Assembly (NCBI GenBank): GCA_004431415.1 | Contig: QPMI01000408.1 | Coordinates: 310,001 to 374,000 of the forward strand | DNA length: 64,000 nucleotides | Direction: 5' to 3' | Source: Cyanophora paradoxa CCMP329 | Taxonomy: Eukaryota; Plantae; Glaucophyta | Shown: positions 36,932 to 48,856 of the stretch, in pieces | Layout of the letters: each line of letters starts with the position of its first letter | How positions within the stretch are numbered: position 1 is the stretch's first letter | The notes under the pieces: model-generated | What the model was told of the DNA's origin: nothing | The model's input: only the letters and a program-made list of their open reading frames with translations | Databases searched by the model: none | Translations under genes and position numbers: made by a program

Positions 36932-39900
36932 ATGGACGGGAAGGAATTCGGAGGGCCGCAAAGCCTCCGGGCGCCCTCCGCGTCGGGCCTCGGCTACTCC
37001 GCCTCCTCCTGCAGGTCCGCCGCCGGCCCGGCCCTCGGGCCGCTCCACGCCGCTCCTCATCCCCGCGGGGCGGCGGGCGCAGCGAGGCGGAGCTCGAGTC
37101 TTCGGAGGCGGAGGTCAGCCCCGTGGAGGCGGTCTTGGGCGACATCCGTAGGAAGGCGGCCGAGGCCGCCGCCAGCGAGTCCGAAGGGTCCGCCCCGCCG
37201 GCGGGTCGCGCCGTCAGAGTTGAGAGTGACCGGCGCTGCGCGTGCGCCCGCCCGTTCGCAGGCTCTCGGACGTCCTGGCCTTCGCCGCGCGGCGGCTCGG
37301 GCAGGAGCTCCGCGTCGGCCGGGTCGTCCTCCGCCGCCTCGTGGCCTTCGAGAGCCTGCAGCTCGCCACCGCCGCCGAGTTCTGCGCCGCCGGCGTCAAG
37401 TCCAGCTCCAGCGCCCGCCTCCAGGCGCAGTGCGCCCCCGTCGTCGGTGCGTGCGCGGATCAAATTCTTCTTCTTCGAGGCCGCCCGGCCGCTCGCGCCC
37501 GCGCCTGACCGCACGCGCGTCTCCCTCAGGGTCGCTGCTGGGCCTCGGGCGCGGGCAGGTCAAGACGTTCGGCGGGGCCGGCGAGGAGGGCCCCGCCTGG
37601 CAGCGCTACCGCGACGCGACCGGCGCCCGCGCCGCGATGGGCACCCAGGCGCGCCCCGCCCCGCCCCGCCCCGACTCCCCGTCCGCCCGCCCGCGCCGCT
37701 GATTCGATCTCGGGCGCAGGTGCACTGCGGGGCGACGCTGTACGGTCTGCTGACGGCGGAGGAGATGGGCCGGGAGCGGGCGTGGAGCGCGGAGGACGCC
37801 TGCCTGCTCACCGCAGTGGCGCAGGAGGTCGCCGCGCTCCTCGCCTCCTGCGACTCGGCCACGCCCTCGCTCTCGCCGCCCCCGGGGGCCGCCCCGGCGG
37901 GCCCGCGCCCGCCCCGCCCCGCCCCGCCGCCCTCTGCGTCACCGTCTCGGCCCCGTCGGAGCGCCGCCTCCGCACCCTCTCGCAGTCCTCCTCGGCGGCG
38001 GGCCCCGAGCGTCGTCTCTCCGACTGGGCCGCCCCGCACGCGGCCGGCGGCGGCGGCGGCGGCCTCGCGCCCGAGCCGGACCTCCGGCTCCGCGCGAGCT
38101 CGGACCCGGAGCCTCGACCCGAGTCGCCGGCGGCGGCCCCGCGGCGGCGGCGCCGCGGCGCCCCCAACCGCCGGTCGAGCCTCTCGGAGGCGCTCCTGGC
38201 GCCCCCCCAGGGCCGGCACGACTCGGAATCCGGCTCGGGCTCCGCCTCGGGCTCCAACGCGGGGGCCAGCCCCGCGGCGCGCCGCCGGCAGATGCGCTCG
38301 GCGTCCATCGCGGCGCCGGCCGAGCTGCCCGCGCTCCGCCCCGCCGCCTCTCCAGCGTTGTCGCCGACGACGCCGGCGGCTGCGTCGTCGGCGGCTCCTC
38401 CGGCCGCTCCTCTCCGGCCTCTGACGCCCGCCCGCGCCCGCTGCCCCGGCCTCGGCCCCCTCCCTCGTCGGACCGCGCCCGGCGGGGCGCGCGGGGCCCT
38501 CGCCTTCGCCCTCGCCGCCGCCGCCCAAGGAGAGTCCGGCGGCCGCGGCGCCGGCCGCGCCGGCCGCGCGGCGCTCCTCGTCGTCGGCCGCCGACTCGGA
38601 GCGGGGCGGGGACGACTCGGGCATCGGGGGCATCTGGGGCTCCATCCGCCGCTGGGCCGAGCGCGCCTTCGGCGGGGCCGGCGCCAAGCCGCAGCAGGCC
38701 CCGGCGCTCGCCTCGGACGACGACGGCGGCTCCTCCCCGCGCCGCCCCGCCGCCTCCACCTCCTCGGACGCCGGCTCGGCGCCCTCGTCCCCGGCCGCCT
38801 CGGTCACCTCGCTGGGCCCGGCGGCGGCCGGCGTGCCGGTGCTCAGCGCGCAGTGGCCCCCGACGCTGACGGCGCTGGAGAGCCCGTCGGAGTGCGACTC
38901 GTCGGCGAACAACTCGGTCAACTCGCTCAAGGGCGGCCAGCTCGGCGAGCTCCTGCGCCTCGCCGCCGCGGGGCGGCCCCGCTCCCCGTCCCTCGCCGAG
39001 CCGCCCGCCCCCGGCTCCGGCTCGACCTCGGGCACGGCGGCGGCGGCGGCGTGGGAGATCAGCCCCGGGGACGTGCAGCTCTTCGAGCGGGTCGGGCAGG
39101 GCGCCTTCGCAGACGTCTGGCGCGGCCTCTGGCACGGCACCCGTCCGCCCCTCCCCGCCCCCGCCCCCGCCCCCCGCCCAAGCTCCGCTTTGACCTTGGC
39201 CCCGGCCTCGGCCTCGCAGAGGTGGCGGTGAAGAAGCTGCGGACGCTGAACGTGACGCCGCAGGCGCTCGCCCTCTTCCGCCGCGAGGTCGCCGTCCTCC
39301 ACACCGTGCGGCCCCGCCGGCCCCCTCCTCCTCTTCCCTCTTACTCTAACTTCTTCTCAGCTGCGGCACCCGCGGCTCGTGCTCTTCCTGGGGGCCTGCA
39401 GCGCCCCCTCCGACCTCTTCATCGTCTTCGAGTACCTCGAGGGCGGCTCCCTCGACTCCGTCCTCCACGGCGGCGCCGGCGGCGGCGCCGGCGCCGGCCT
39501 CCAGCTCGAGGAGGAGGGCGGCCCGGTCGGTTCCGCTGCTCCGGACGGAGGCGCGAGGGGCCGCCTGCCGGTGCGGCGCGTGCTCGAGATCGCGTCCGAG
39601 GTCGCCGTCGGCATGGAGTGCGCATGCGCCCCTCCTCTTCTCCGCTCCTCTTCTTCTTACGTGCGCGCCGCAGCACGATCCACGCGCTGGGGCTCATCCA
39701 CAGGGACCTCAAGCCGGGGAACGTGCTCCTGGACGCCTCCGGGCGCGCCAAGATCACGGCGCGCCTTGTTCCTCCCTTATTCTTCCTTGTTCATTCTTAT
39801 TCCTCTCCTTAGGACTTCGGGCTCTCGCGAGTGGCGGACTCGGCGGGGGAGATGACGGGCGAGGCCGGCAGCTTCCGCTACACCGCCCCCGAGATCCTTC

Positions 39901-40533
39901 TTTCCAAGAAGTACACCTCCAAGGTGCTTTCTAGCTTCTTCTAGCTTCTTCTTTCTAGCTTCTTCTTCTTCTTCTTTTTAAAGTGGTCTTCGCAGGTGGA
40001 CGTCTTCAGCTTCGGGGTCCTCCTGTGGGAGATGGCGACGAACCAGGCGCGCCGCCCGCCCTCAGCGCAGCCGGCGGCGCCGCCCCGCCACGCCACGCCT
40101 AACGATATCGCCCGCAGGTGCCCTACGGGAGCATGTCGGCGATCCAGGTGGCGATGCGGGTCATGCGGGAGGGGCCGGACCTACCCATCGCCCCGGGGCC
40201 CGCCTGCCCCCGCGTGCGCCCCGTCTTGTTCCCTCCGCTTGTTCTCTCTTGCTCTGCCTCACTCGCCCCTGTACATACATGTCTCAGGCGCTGGCGGACT
40301 TGATCCGAGAGTGCGTGAGCGTGGACCCGGACGTCCGCCCGCCCTTCTCCACAGTCGCCCGCCGCCTCCGCGCCCTCCTCGCCCAGCTCGACGTCCGCTC
40401 CCCTCCCCTCCCTTTCCTTTCCTCCCTTTCCTCCCTTTGACTTGGCTCGCAGTCCGTGGAGCAGCTGAAGAAAGACGTGGCCGGCATACGCATCCCGCTG
40501 CGCATCTCCCCGCAGCCGCGCCCCCTCGCCTGA
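36932..40533 (+). CDS. GAF-domain TKL (Raf-like) protein kinase, multi-exon
   Basis: Kinase motifs across exons: WEI...VGQGAFADV, VAVKKL, IHRDLKPGNVLL, KIT|DFG, GSFRYTAPE, DVFSFGVLLWEM. N-terminal GAF-like LYGLL...RAWSAEDACLLTAVAQEVA. Confidence 0.88.
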
Positions 40534-41763
40534 CCGCGGCCGTCGGACCGACGGACCGACGGCGGCGGCCGGCACGTGCACCGGCGCCCGGCGGCCCGGC
40601 CCCCTTTCCACTGTCTCCTCTGCCTCTCTTCTAGCATCTATCTCTCATTTCTGTTTCCCATTCGCGACCTTTCATAATCAGCCGCTTTTGCCTCCATTTG
40701 CACATCTTTTTGGTCATGCACTGTAACATCAGCAAGTGTACGTCGAATAGGTTGGAATCGCATCAGCAAGTGTACGTCGGCTTAGCTCATTAGCGGGGCA
40801 CCTTAAATATAGACAGATATGGTTTCGAATTGGCAATTGTTTCGTTCTGTATTCATGTCGAGGTTCCGCGCCGACGCGCTAGCTATCGCTGGCACCGTGG
40901 CACACCTTGGCGCAGAGTCCAGTTCACTCAGGGCCTCATCTTCAAGGCTTTTCTATGACAGCTGCAGCTAGACGGTCCTAGACCTTGTCGTGCATCGAAT
41001 TTTTGAAATTCATGATCATTTCTGACACTTCGAATTCATTGCCAACTTGCAACCTCGAATTCCCTCTAGATCTGCCAATCGCGTTCGTAGCCCAATTTTA
41101 ATGGGCTGGCAGGGCTCAACTCAGGGCCAGCTGCAGCCTGGCAGCCAGTGGCAGGGCCGGTTCCGGTCGCCGTCGGGCCGTCGGACCGGGGCGCTGCAAC
41201 ATGAAAGTTCCAACTTGAAATTTGAAGCCACCAACTTGAAACAGCTGAAGAGCTCCGAAGTTCATCGGTTAGGGATAACGTTCATATGCATGCACTTGAA
41301 GCTTCATTTGCAAGCTTGAACTTGTATACGTACCCGTGACTCATGATCATGATCACCAATTGCAGGTTGGGGAACTTGGGGTGCCAAGCGACAGGCCGGA
41401 CCTCCGAGTCACCGTCGACTCACCGAGTGCGCGCAACGCGTACGCGGCCGCGTCGCGGCGGTACGCCGCGCATGCGAGGCATTGCGACTCGAATTTGCGA
41501 GTCTTTTGGGACTCAATTTGCGAGCCATTAATATTGCGAGGCTCTGCGCAGTGCACATGCGAGCCCGGCCTGCATGCGACCGCCGCTCATCGAGTCATCG
41601 GGGCCGCACTGCGGCCGCAGCTCGACTCCGAAATCCGGATCCGCACCGGTACCTGCGCACCTGCACGGTTGGCTGCACGGCCGCGGTCTGCACCTCAGGG
41701 CCTGCACCTGCTGCAGTGCCGCCGCACTCTGCGCGCGGCAGTACAGTGCCAGTACTACCGCCC

Positions 41764-42009
41764 CCGTGTAACACTTAAGTAATGCGCGCACTTAACTAAT
41801 GCGGTCGCAAATTAATGCATTTTCTGCTGGCAAAACGCATTAATTTGGGACCGCATTAATATCGAAAGGCTAAGAAAAGTGCGTTATGTACCCCCTACAG
41901 CAGCCAAAATGCTTCGAAACGCATTAATTTGGTACCGCATTAATATCCATACTAGGGGTTGGGTCCAAGAACGCATTGATTACTGGCGCATCAATTAAGT
42001 GTTACACGG
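41764..42009. mobile_element. Tc1/mariner (pogo/Tigger-like) MITE
   Basis: 24-bp TIRs CCGTGTAACACTTAA(G/T)T(A/G)ATGCGC (22/24), with TA on the right flank. AT-rich interior with a repeated CGCATTAATTTGGKACCGCATTAATATC. Confidence 0.75.
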
Positions 42010-42591
42010 TAGTGCGACGCTGTGGCAGTCTCAGCCTGGCAGAGTTTGTGCGACTCACGATCACAGTGCCGAGCCACAACTTTGACTCACAACTTCCGGA
42101 GTCATGATCACAACTAGACTCACAAGGCTCATGATCATGATCAGTGAGTCGACAGTGACTGACGGCGTCTGACGCGGCGGCACTGCGGCGCCGGCAGTGC
42201 AGCGGCACTGCGCCGCGCATGCCCGCGGCCAGGCAGGCTGCCGCAGTGCGGGCCTGCGCGGCACTGCGGCACTGGCGCCGGATCCTCAGCCTGGGACCCG
42301 GGAACCTCATGATCAGGGCCTGCGAGGCTGCGCCGGCGGCGCAGCTAGCGCTGCAGCTGCCGCAGTGCCTGCACTGCGGCACTGTGTCACGGTGTCCCGA
42401 CTCCCGAGTCCGATCCCTGGCAGGCAGTGGCAGCTCTGCGCATGCCGCGATGCCCGGCGGCCGTGGATATAAAGGAACCGGGGGCGAATAATGCACATGG
42501 CCATGGATTGAAGGCAACAAAGCCTTCAGCTCGATATCGATATTCTGAAGCCCCGGAGCTCTATATTTAGAAGAACTTCGCGGCTGGAGTA

Positions 42592-45500
42592 CTAGAAGAT
42601 CGGGACCGAAAGGGCGACGAGGGCCAAGATGGCTGAGGTGGCGGCGGCGATCGCGAGAGCGCCGCAGCGGGACGCCGGCGCGGCGGCGGAGCTCGCGGTG
42701 AGGGGCGGGACCGGCAGCCCGCCGGACCCGGAGACGCGGTCCCGGACGGCGGCCAGAACTCCTGAGACGGAGTTGAGGGCCGCCAGCTGCCCCGAGGCGA
42801 GCATGGAAGAGACCGCGTCCAGCGTCTTCGCCGCGTTCTCCCGCCTCGCCATGTCGTACCCCGCCGGCGCCTTCACGATGCCCGACCCAGAGACGCTCGG
42901 CTGCAGGGTGCCCAGTGGCGTCGCGGCGGAAGCGAGGCGGGCCATGCGAATGGCGAGGATCGCGACATCGGTCTCGTCTGGGGGAGGTTATCAGTGTCAG
43001 CTGGGTCTGCAAGCAGAGCATATCTGAGATCTAGATATTAATTTATAACGATCGTGCGCACTCGTCAGATCGGCGGCGACTCCGAGAGAAACGGTCACAG
43101 TGCCTAATTATAAATCGAGGTTAGTTCGAGTGCCCATGATCAAAAGACGTGCTCATTATTACCCTTCACGAAAACAGTTTCTGCCGCCGCCTGGTGCAGG
43201 CGCCGGAGTCGCGGGGCGCTTATATCGCACGCCGCGCTGACCACGACCACTTGGCTCGAAGGTATTTCCAAGTATCTCGCGAAATCTGCGCATTTCGAAT
43301 GCAATCGTGACCAATGGCAATGCCATGCATATGCTACATATATATCCGGATCCACGACGACGCACCGGCGCGGACGTTGCGGACGGCGATCGGATCCTGT
43401 ATCGTCTCGCAATCGGCCGTTGATTTCGCCCTGTACATGTGGAAGCGAGCTTCATGTGAGCAGGAGGAAAGCTCGAGGAGGAGAGTTATTAATGACGATG
43501 GACACGGCGCACTCGTAAATGAAGAAGCGGCTGCCGCCCAGCGCATCCGCGGCCGAGAAGCTCGCGCCCACGTTCGCGGCGGACAGGACCTCGTCGCTCG
43601 CGAAAGTGCGGGCGGCTCCGGTGGTGGCGAGCGCGAGCGCCGCGTCGCTGTCCAGTGCTCTGGTGGAGATTCCGGCGCCTGCTGTCCGACCGACGCTCCT
43701 AAGGGAGGGCGAGGTCGCTCCGAACGAGGATCCGGTGACTGCGCAGTGCTCGTGTGAAAACCACGATCGCAAGCTCGAGGAAGAGAACATTATAAATCAA
43801 AGCGACCGCACATGTCTGCAACTGAATGAAGTTGGCGTCCGATTCGACGCACGAGGCGTCTGCATAGCAGGCCGCGACCTTGGCGAAAAACTTGGATCCA
43901 TTCGGGAGAGCGTTCACATCGATTGAAGTTGTGTTCGTGGTAAACTGGTCGTGCGTGAGCCTTCGTCGAAATATGATTTCATAATGACTTACGTTCGCTG
44001 CAATCTTGCCTGAAGGAACGATTTTCGTAACGACCCCTTTCTGTTCGACGTCATGATCAAGATCTAAGACATATTCGCCTTTCGGAAGATGTCGGCCACA
44101 TGAATCAACGCACTGCGTTTCGCTGCTCGGTTGCAGCTTCCTGCGTGCGCAGTGCGAACGTTAGAAAATGAACATATATAGAGGCCATGAGAAAGAAGCC
44201 AGAATTCGAATGCAAGGCGATCGCGAACCAGGAGGAAGCGATATTCGCGCGGTGTCTGCGGGGAGTCTGGGGCGGGCCAGAAGAACGTCACGTCCAGCCA
44301 CGACTGCGAGTCGTTGGCCATGGCGCCTGAAGAGTAGAAGGCACGATATGCTTTCAGCTGCGGTCTTCCCGGCTTCTCTGTGCTCGGATTGATCAGCAGA
44401 GCGCAGCGCGAGCCGGATACATTTCGAGAATGAATCGGACGAACGCACCCATGACAAAAGCAACTGTTCGCAAGCATGGAGTCAGCAATCGATTAACACG
44501 CGACATAATTGAGAGCCTACGTTTGATGGTAACGACCTGAGAGCCGGAGTAGGGGTAGACTTCCGAGGGATCGAGCCCCGTTGCGATGTACATGGTGCAC
44601 TCCCCGTTGGGATTTTCCACTGAGCGCAGCAAGCTTAATATTAATTTTCAGACACGCAAGAGAGCTAGCGCTACTTAACCAAATAATCTAGAGATTGCGC
44701 GTGCACTGACCCGCGCCAAACACAGAGTTGAAGGCGCTGAACGTCGTTCGCTGTCCTTGGTCGTTTGGTGGCTTCACTTGCGGCACCGTGCGATTTCCGT
44801 ATTTAAAGCGAATCTGGAACCCGATAGTCGTACCCAGAACTGATTGATCTAGGTTGGGATTGACGAACCTCGGTGGGGAACTTGGTGAGATCGGGCTTCC
44901 ATTCCGCGCGTTTCTGCTGTCCTGCCGGAGACGTCTCGAAACGCGGCTCAGAGGGTTGATCTGCGAGACAGTTTCAGGCTGCGTTTAGAAAGCTCCGGGC
45001 TGGATGTCGTCTTTACCTCCGGGATAGACTGCGTAGAGGTCGAGCTCCGAGCTTTGAGCAGCCTGCAGCTGGTCATTGAAAGAGAAGACGGCCAAGTGGT
45101 TCCGGCAGGCCTGCGCGAGGGCGAACATTAATTTTAATATTCGCTGTAATCGCGATCGGTGATCAACTCGTGCGCACGGCCAGCGGATGGCCCGCGGTCG
45201 GCGCTCCTACGCTTCCAATCTCCACTGCAAAATACAACGCGGGTGTACGTATGAAAGAGCTGACACGGGGACCGCGGTAATCTGAAATCTGAACCTGGCC
45301 GCTTTTGTTCTCCGGCCAAGAGCTTGTCCAGATCGACAGAGCTGATCGGAAATTGAAATAAGCTTATATCGTTTGATTAATTATAATCATATCTAGGCCA
45401 GCGGCGATATTCGAGATGCGGGTGCGAGTGGCACGCACATCAGTGCCGCCGTGGACGTCCCAGGGACTCCTGTCTTCGTTGAAGTCTGCCTGCACACGCC

Positions 45501-48500
45501 GCAGCAGGCATCGTTATCTTCCGTTTCGGGCGCCGGAAGGTACCCGTTCCCGGCTGCATGTACACGTGTGTGCGTGCGCGTCGCCGGCCCTCAGTATTCG
45601 GATTGCGCCGAGACTTGCGCGGCGCGGCGCTTATGCGCATGCCGATCATATGCACCATGCGAAAACCACTTATTCCCGACGCGCGCGCACGCCGGCGACT
45701 CGACGCGGTTTTCGTGCTGGCAAGAACCTGAAATCCGCTCTGAGGGAGACTAGAGGCGATGTTAAGCTTGTATAATGCCACCTGAATTTCTGGGGAAGAA
45801 GGATCAGTTTAATTTTTCAACTCTGTAGCGAGCTCGAGCTCACTCTATGTGTGTAGTTTTCTCCAGAGTGACCCCCGATTTGGGAACAAATCTGCAAAAG
45901 AAACTATATTAAACTACGCAGTCAAGTGTCTCGCGATTACTGTCATCACTCGTAGGATAAATAAGTTTGGAAACCCTCCGTGGCCGGAGACTCACGAGTA
46001 CAAAGTGTTCGTCTTGTAAATCGTGGACGGCTTAAGACTGTTGGGATCCTGCGCGCTCAATTCAGAAAGCCGCTGAGCGCACGTTTCAAGATCAGTACTT
46101 GTACCTGCAAGAAATATCCTCCATCCTTTTTGTACACTCCAGCGCAGCTCTGGTCGGCTGATTGCACCTGAGAATATTAGCAACTTGGCAAGATGCGGCC
46201 GAGCACCGCCCTCTAGATATTTTGATTACAACGTGAACAGGGCCCGGGGGCGCAGTACCGGAATGAAACCGGTTCTAGATATATGATCATGATTTAATTT
46301 GTTCTTAATATTTATGATCGTGATTACGATTGTCTCCTGGAGAGCGCGCGTACGAGAATCATAGCCGTCCGCAAACGTTAATCTGCCCCCCCAGAGCCAT
46401 AGTCTGCGCATTGAATGATATCGATCAGAAAGCTGCTTGACTTATAATTATTACCCCCATCGCCGCTCGATAACGCAATCAACCTACGTTACATTAGAAC
46501 ATATATTTACATGCGCGCACCGGTCTCTGTAAAACGTCATGCATCCCTGGTCGGATATCGACGTTAGGGTGACAGAGCATGCGCAGGGACTCATTGTTTC
46601 GCTCCGTATCGATATCATCGACGTACATGAGTATGCGTTATGCCGTCCGCGACTCGGACAACTTCAAAGGATGTCACGTTGATGCTGCAGAAATAAAGGC
46701 GCCGGCATTATTAATGCAAGGGCATCGTTATGATCGCATGCAAGAAATCAACTTATAAATTAGAGATCTAGAGGAGATCGCTATCGCCAAGATTTGTTTT
46801 CGAAAGGCCGCAAAACATGCGAACCTGAATACCCATGTATTTTGAAGGCCCCCTATTGATAGCGAGCCATGTTAGTTCAGGTAGGAAGTGATCGAGAAAC
46901 CAAGTGCCCGCACCAGCGCAATAAATAAGCGCAGCACCATCCCAAGCGCACTGACCATAGCCAAACGACCAAGCAAGCGACCCCTTTACAGACCAGCTGT
47001 TTCGCTCAATATCGTAAACGACAAAATTATTCTTCGGTCTCCTGCCACGGCTGAAAAAGTTTTCGTTTTCGGAGTCGTACCTGAATTCACAAATTAATTT
47101 CGGAATTCCAAGCGGAAACATATCGAAATAGCCTAGTAGCTAATTATTTCTGTAGCAAGTTTTAAGCGCCTGGCGCACCCGCCTACGACCATTATGTAGT
47201 GCTTCCCCCCCGTCGTGAACAGGGCGCCGGCGGCGCCGAAGCGGGCGACCCTGGCGAAGCTGTCGGACACGTCTCTAGGCAGAGTCCGCCCCGGGGCCGT
47301 CCAGTTGCGCCCCTCAGCGGACGGGTACATGCGGCCGATTACGGCCGAGTACGACGTCGACTTCGGCCGATTCTCCTGAGGCGGAGCTGGCGGCTGCACA
47401 CTGGGGCTGGGGCTGGGGCTGGGGGTAGGGCACGCGCCTGCGAATGTGTGCGAATATAATTCAGTCAATGGAATGGACTATAGCTACTTGGCCATGGCCA
47501 GTCAAGCCGCGGCCGACTGTCAAAAATTGCGCACCGATGGAGACGGTCGCATTCATGCCCGCGAACGATTTCGACGGGCTGACATAGCTCTGGACCGAGT
47601 CCTCGTTGGACGTGAATATGATGAGCATTTCCTTGGCGGATGTTGTGAGGTTCGCGGTCGCGGAGCCGGTGAGAGCGCCGAGCTTGACGACGGCGTTCGT
47701 TCCCGGGCGGGCAGCGGGGTTGAGCTCGAAGACCTGAATCGAACACATTAGAAATGTAATTATAGCGTTAGAGTTTGTATTAAACACGTTCGATGTAGAT
47801 TGAAGAAGAGGGGAATGCAAGCTGAACTCACAAATACGTGGTCGACACCATTCTCGATGTTCAAGCCAGCGCTAGCGACAGAGAGAGTTAAATTGCTCCC
47901 GGCACCGCAAGCTGAAGCCAGCTTCACGTGCCTGCATTGAAATGTGTCAGTATTAATTACGATTGCGTGTTGCCTGTCTATTCAAAACGCTGCAAACCAG
48001 ATGCGTAGGAGGGCAAAGGTATAACCGTTGGGAAGGTTGACAGACCGCTGCTCGCCCGGGGAAAGCCTGATCACTGCGGCCTCGAATCTCGTGGGGCTGC
48101 TGAGGATAGAGGTACCGAAGGTGGTCCCTGTTAAGTCTGCTGCACTGCTGGCTGGCTCTGCCAAAGAATGGAGTTAAATGAGAATTTAAGCCAGTGCACG
48201 TTTATGAAGCGCACCGCTCGAGGCGACGCTCTTGTATGTTGAAGCGAACTCGACGTTCAAGTTGGTGCTGCCGGCGTCCGGGTTCGACCCGAGAACGAGC
48301 AGCGTGTCGTTTGAGCTCGTGAAGGCCAAGGGCTTCGGCTCGGGAGTCGCCTCGATTGTGTTCGACACATCGAGGAAGGGGGCAAGCAGAACAGGAGGAG
48401 AAGCGCCAAGGTCGATGATCTGCGATTCGTTTTCAACGTCAACAGCGCGAGCGTGCTCGGCAGATGCATATATGTGCGCACCCTCACTTGCTGATATCCC

Positions 48501-48856
48501 CGCGCGACCGAGGTAAAGTTCAGCCGGACGCGGTCCCCTGAGGCAGCCGCTGTGATCGTCCTGCGGCCGCGGGCCATTGTTCGAGGCGCATGATCAGTTC
48601 ATGAACACAAGCTCAGCGGCTGCTGGCCGAGCCCGAACACAGCCGAAGCGTTGGCGAACAACTCGCACCAGGCTGCCAGATCGGATTTCGCGTTCCCGTT
48701 CAGGTTGACGTTAAAGTCCGTCTCAGTGGAGGGCGCCAAGTAGCCTCCGCCCTCGACGCCCCCGTTGTTTGTGATGGCCGCGGAGACCGCAGCGAACGCG
48801 AGGACGGCGCAGAGCGCCCGCAGCTGCAGCTGCAGCGCGACGCGCGCCATGGTCAT
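42592..48856 (-). CDS. Large secreted/surface protein with Kelch repeats, beta-sandwich-like domains and a C-terminal hydrophobic (GPI/TM) anchor; multi-exon
   Basis: Signal peptide (LRALCAVLAFAAVSA). Kelch-like YIMVVGG, FVVYDIERNSW...LIYCAGAG and LWLWGG. C-terminus ...LAIAAATSAILALVALSVPIF*. May be more than one gene. Confidence 0.6.

Noticed and set aside
23300-40000. Many long overlapping Arg/Gly/Pro/Ala-rich ORFs (e.g. 29299-31077, 37560-39302, most of 37782-39812)
   Set aside because: Shadow frames of very GC-rich, intron-containing genes; only motif-bearing segments were used.
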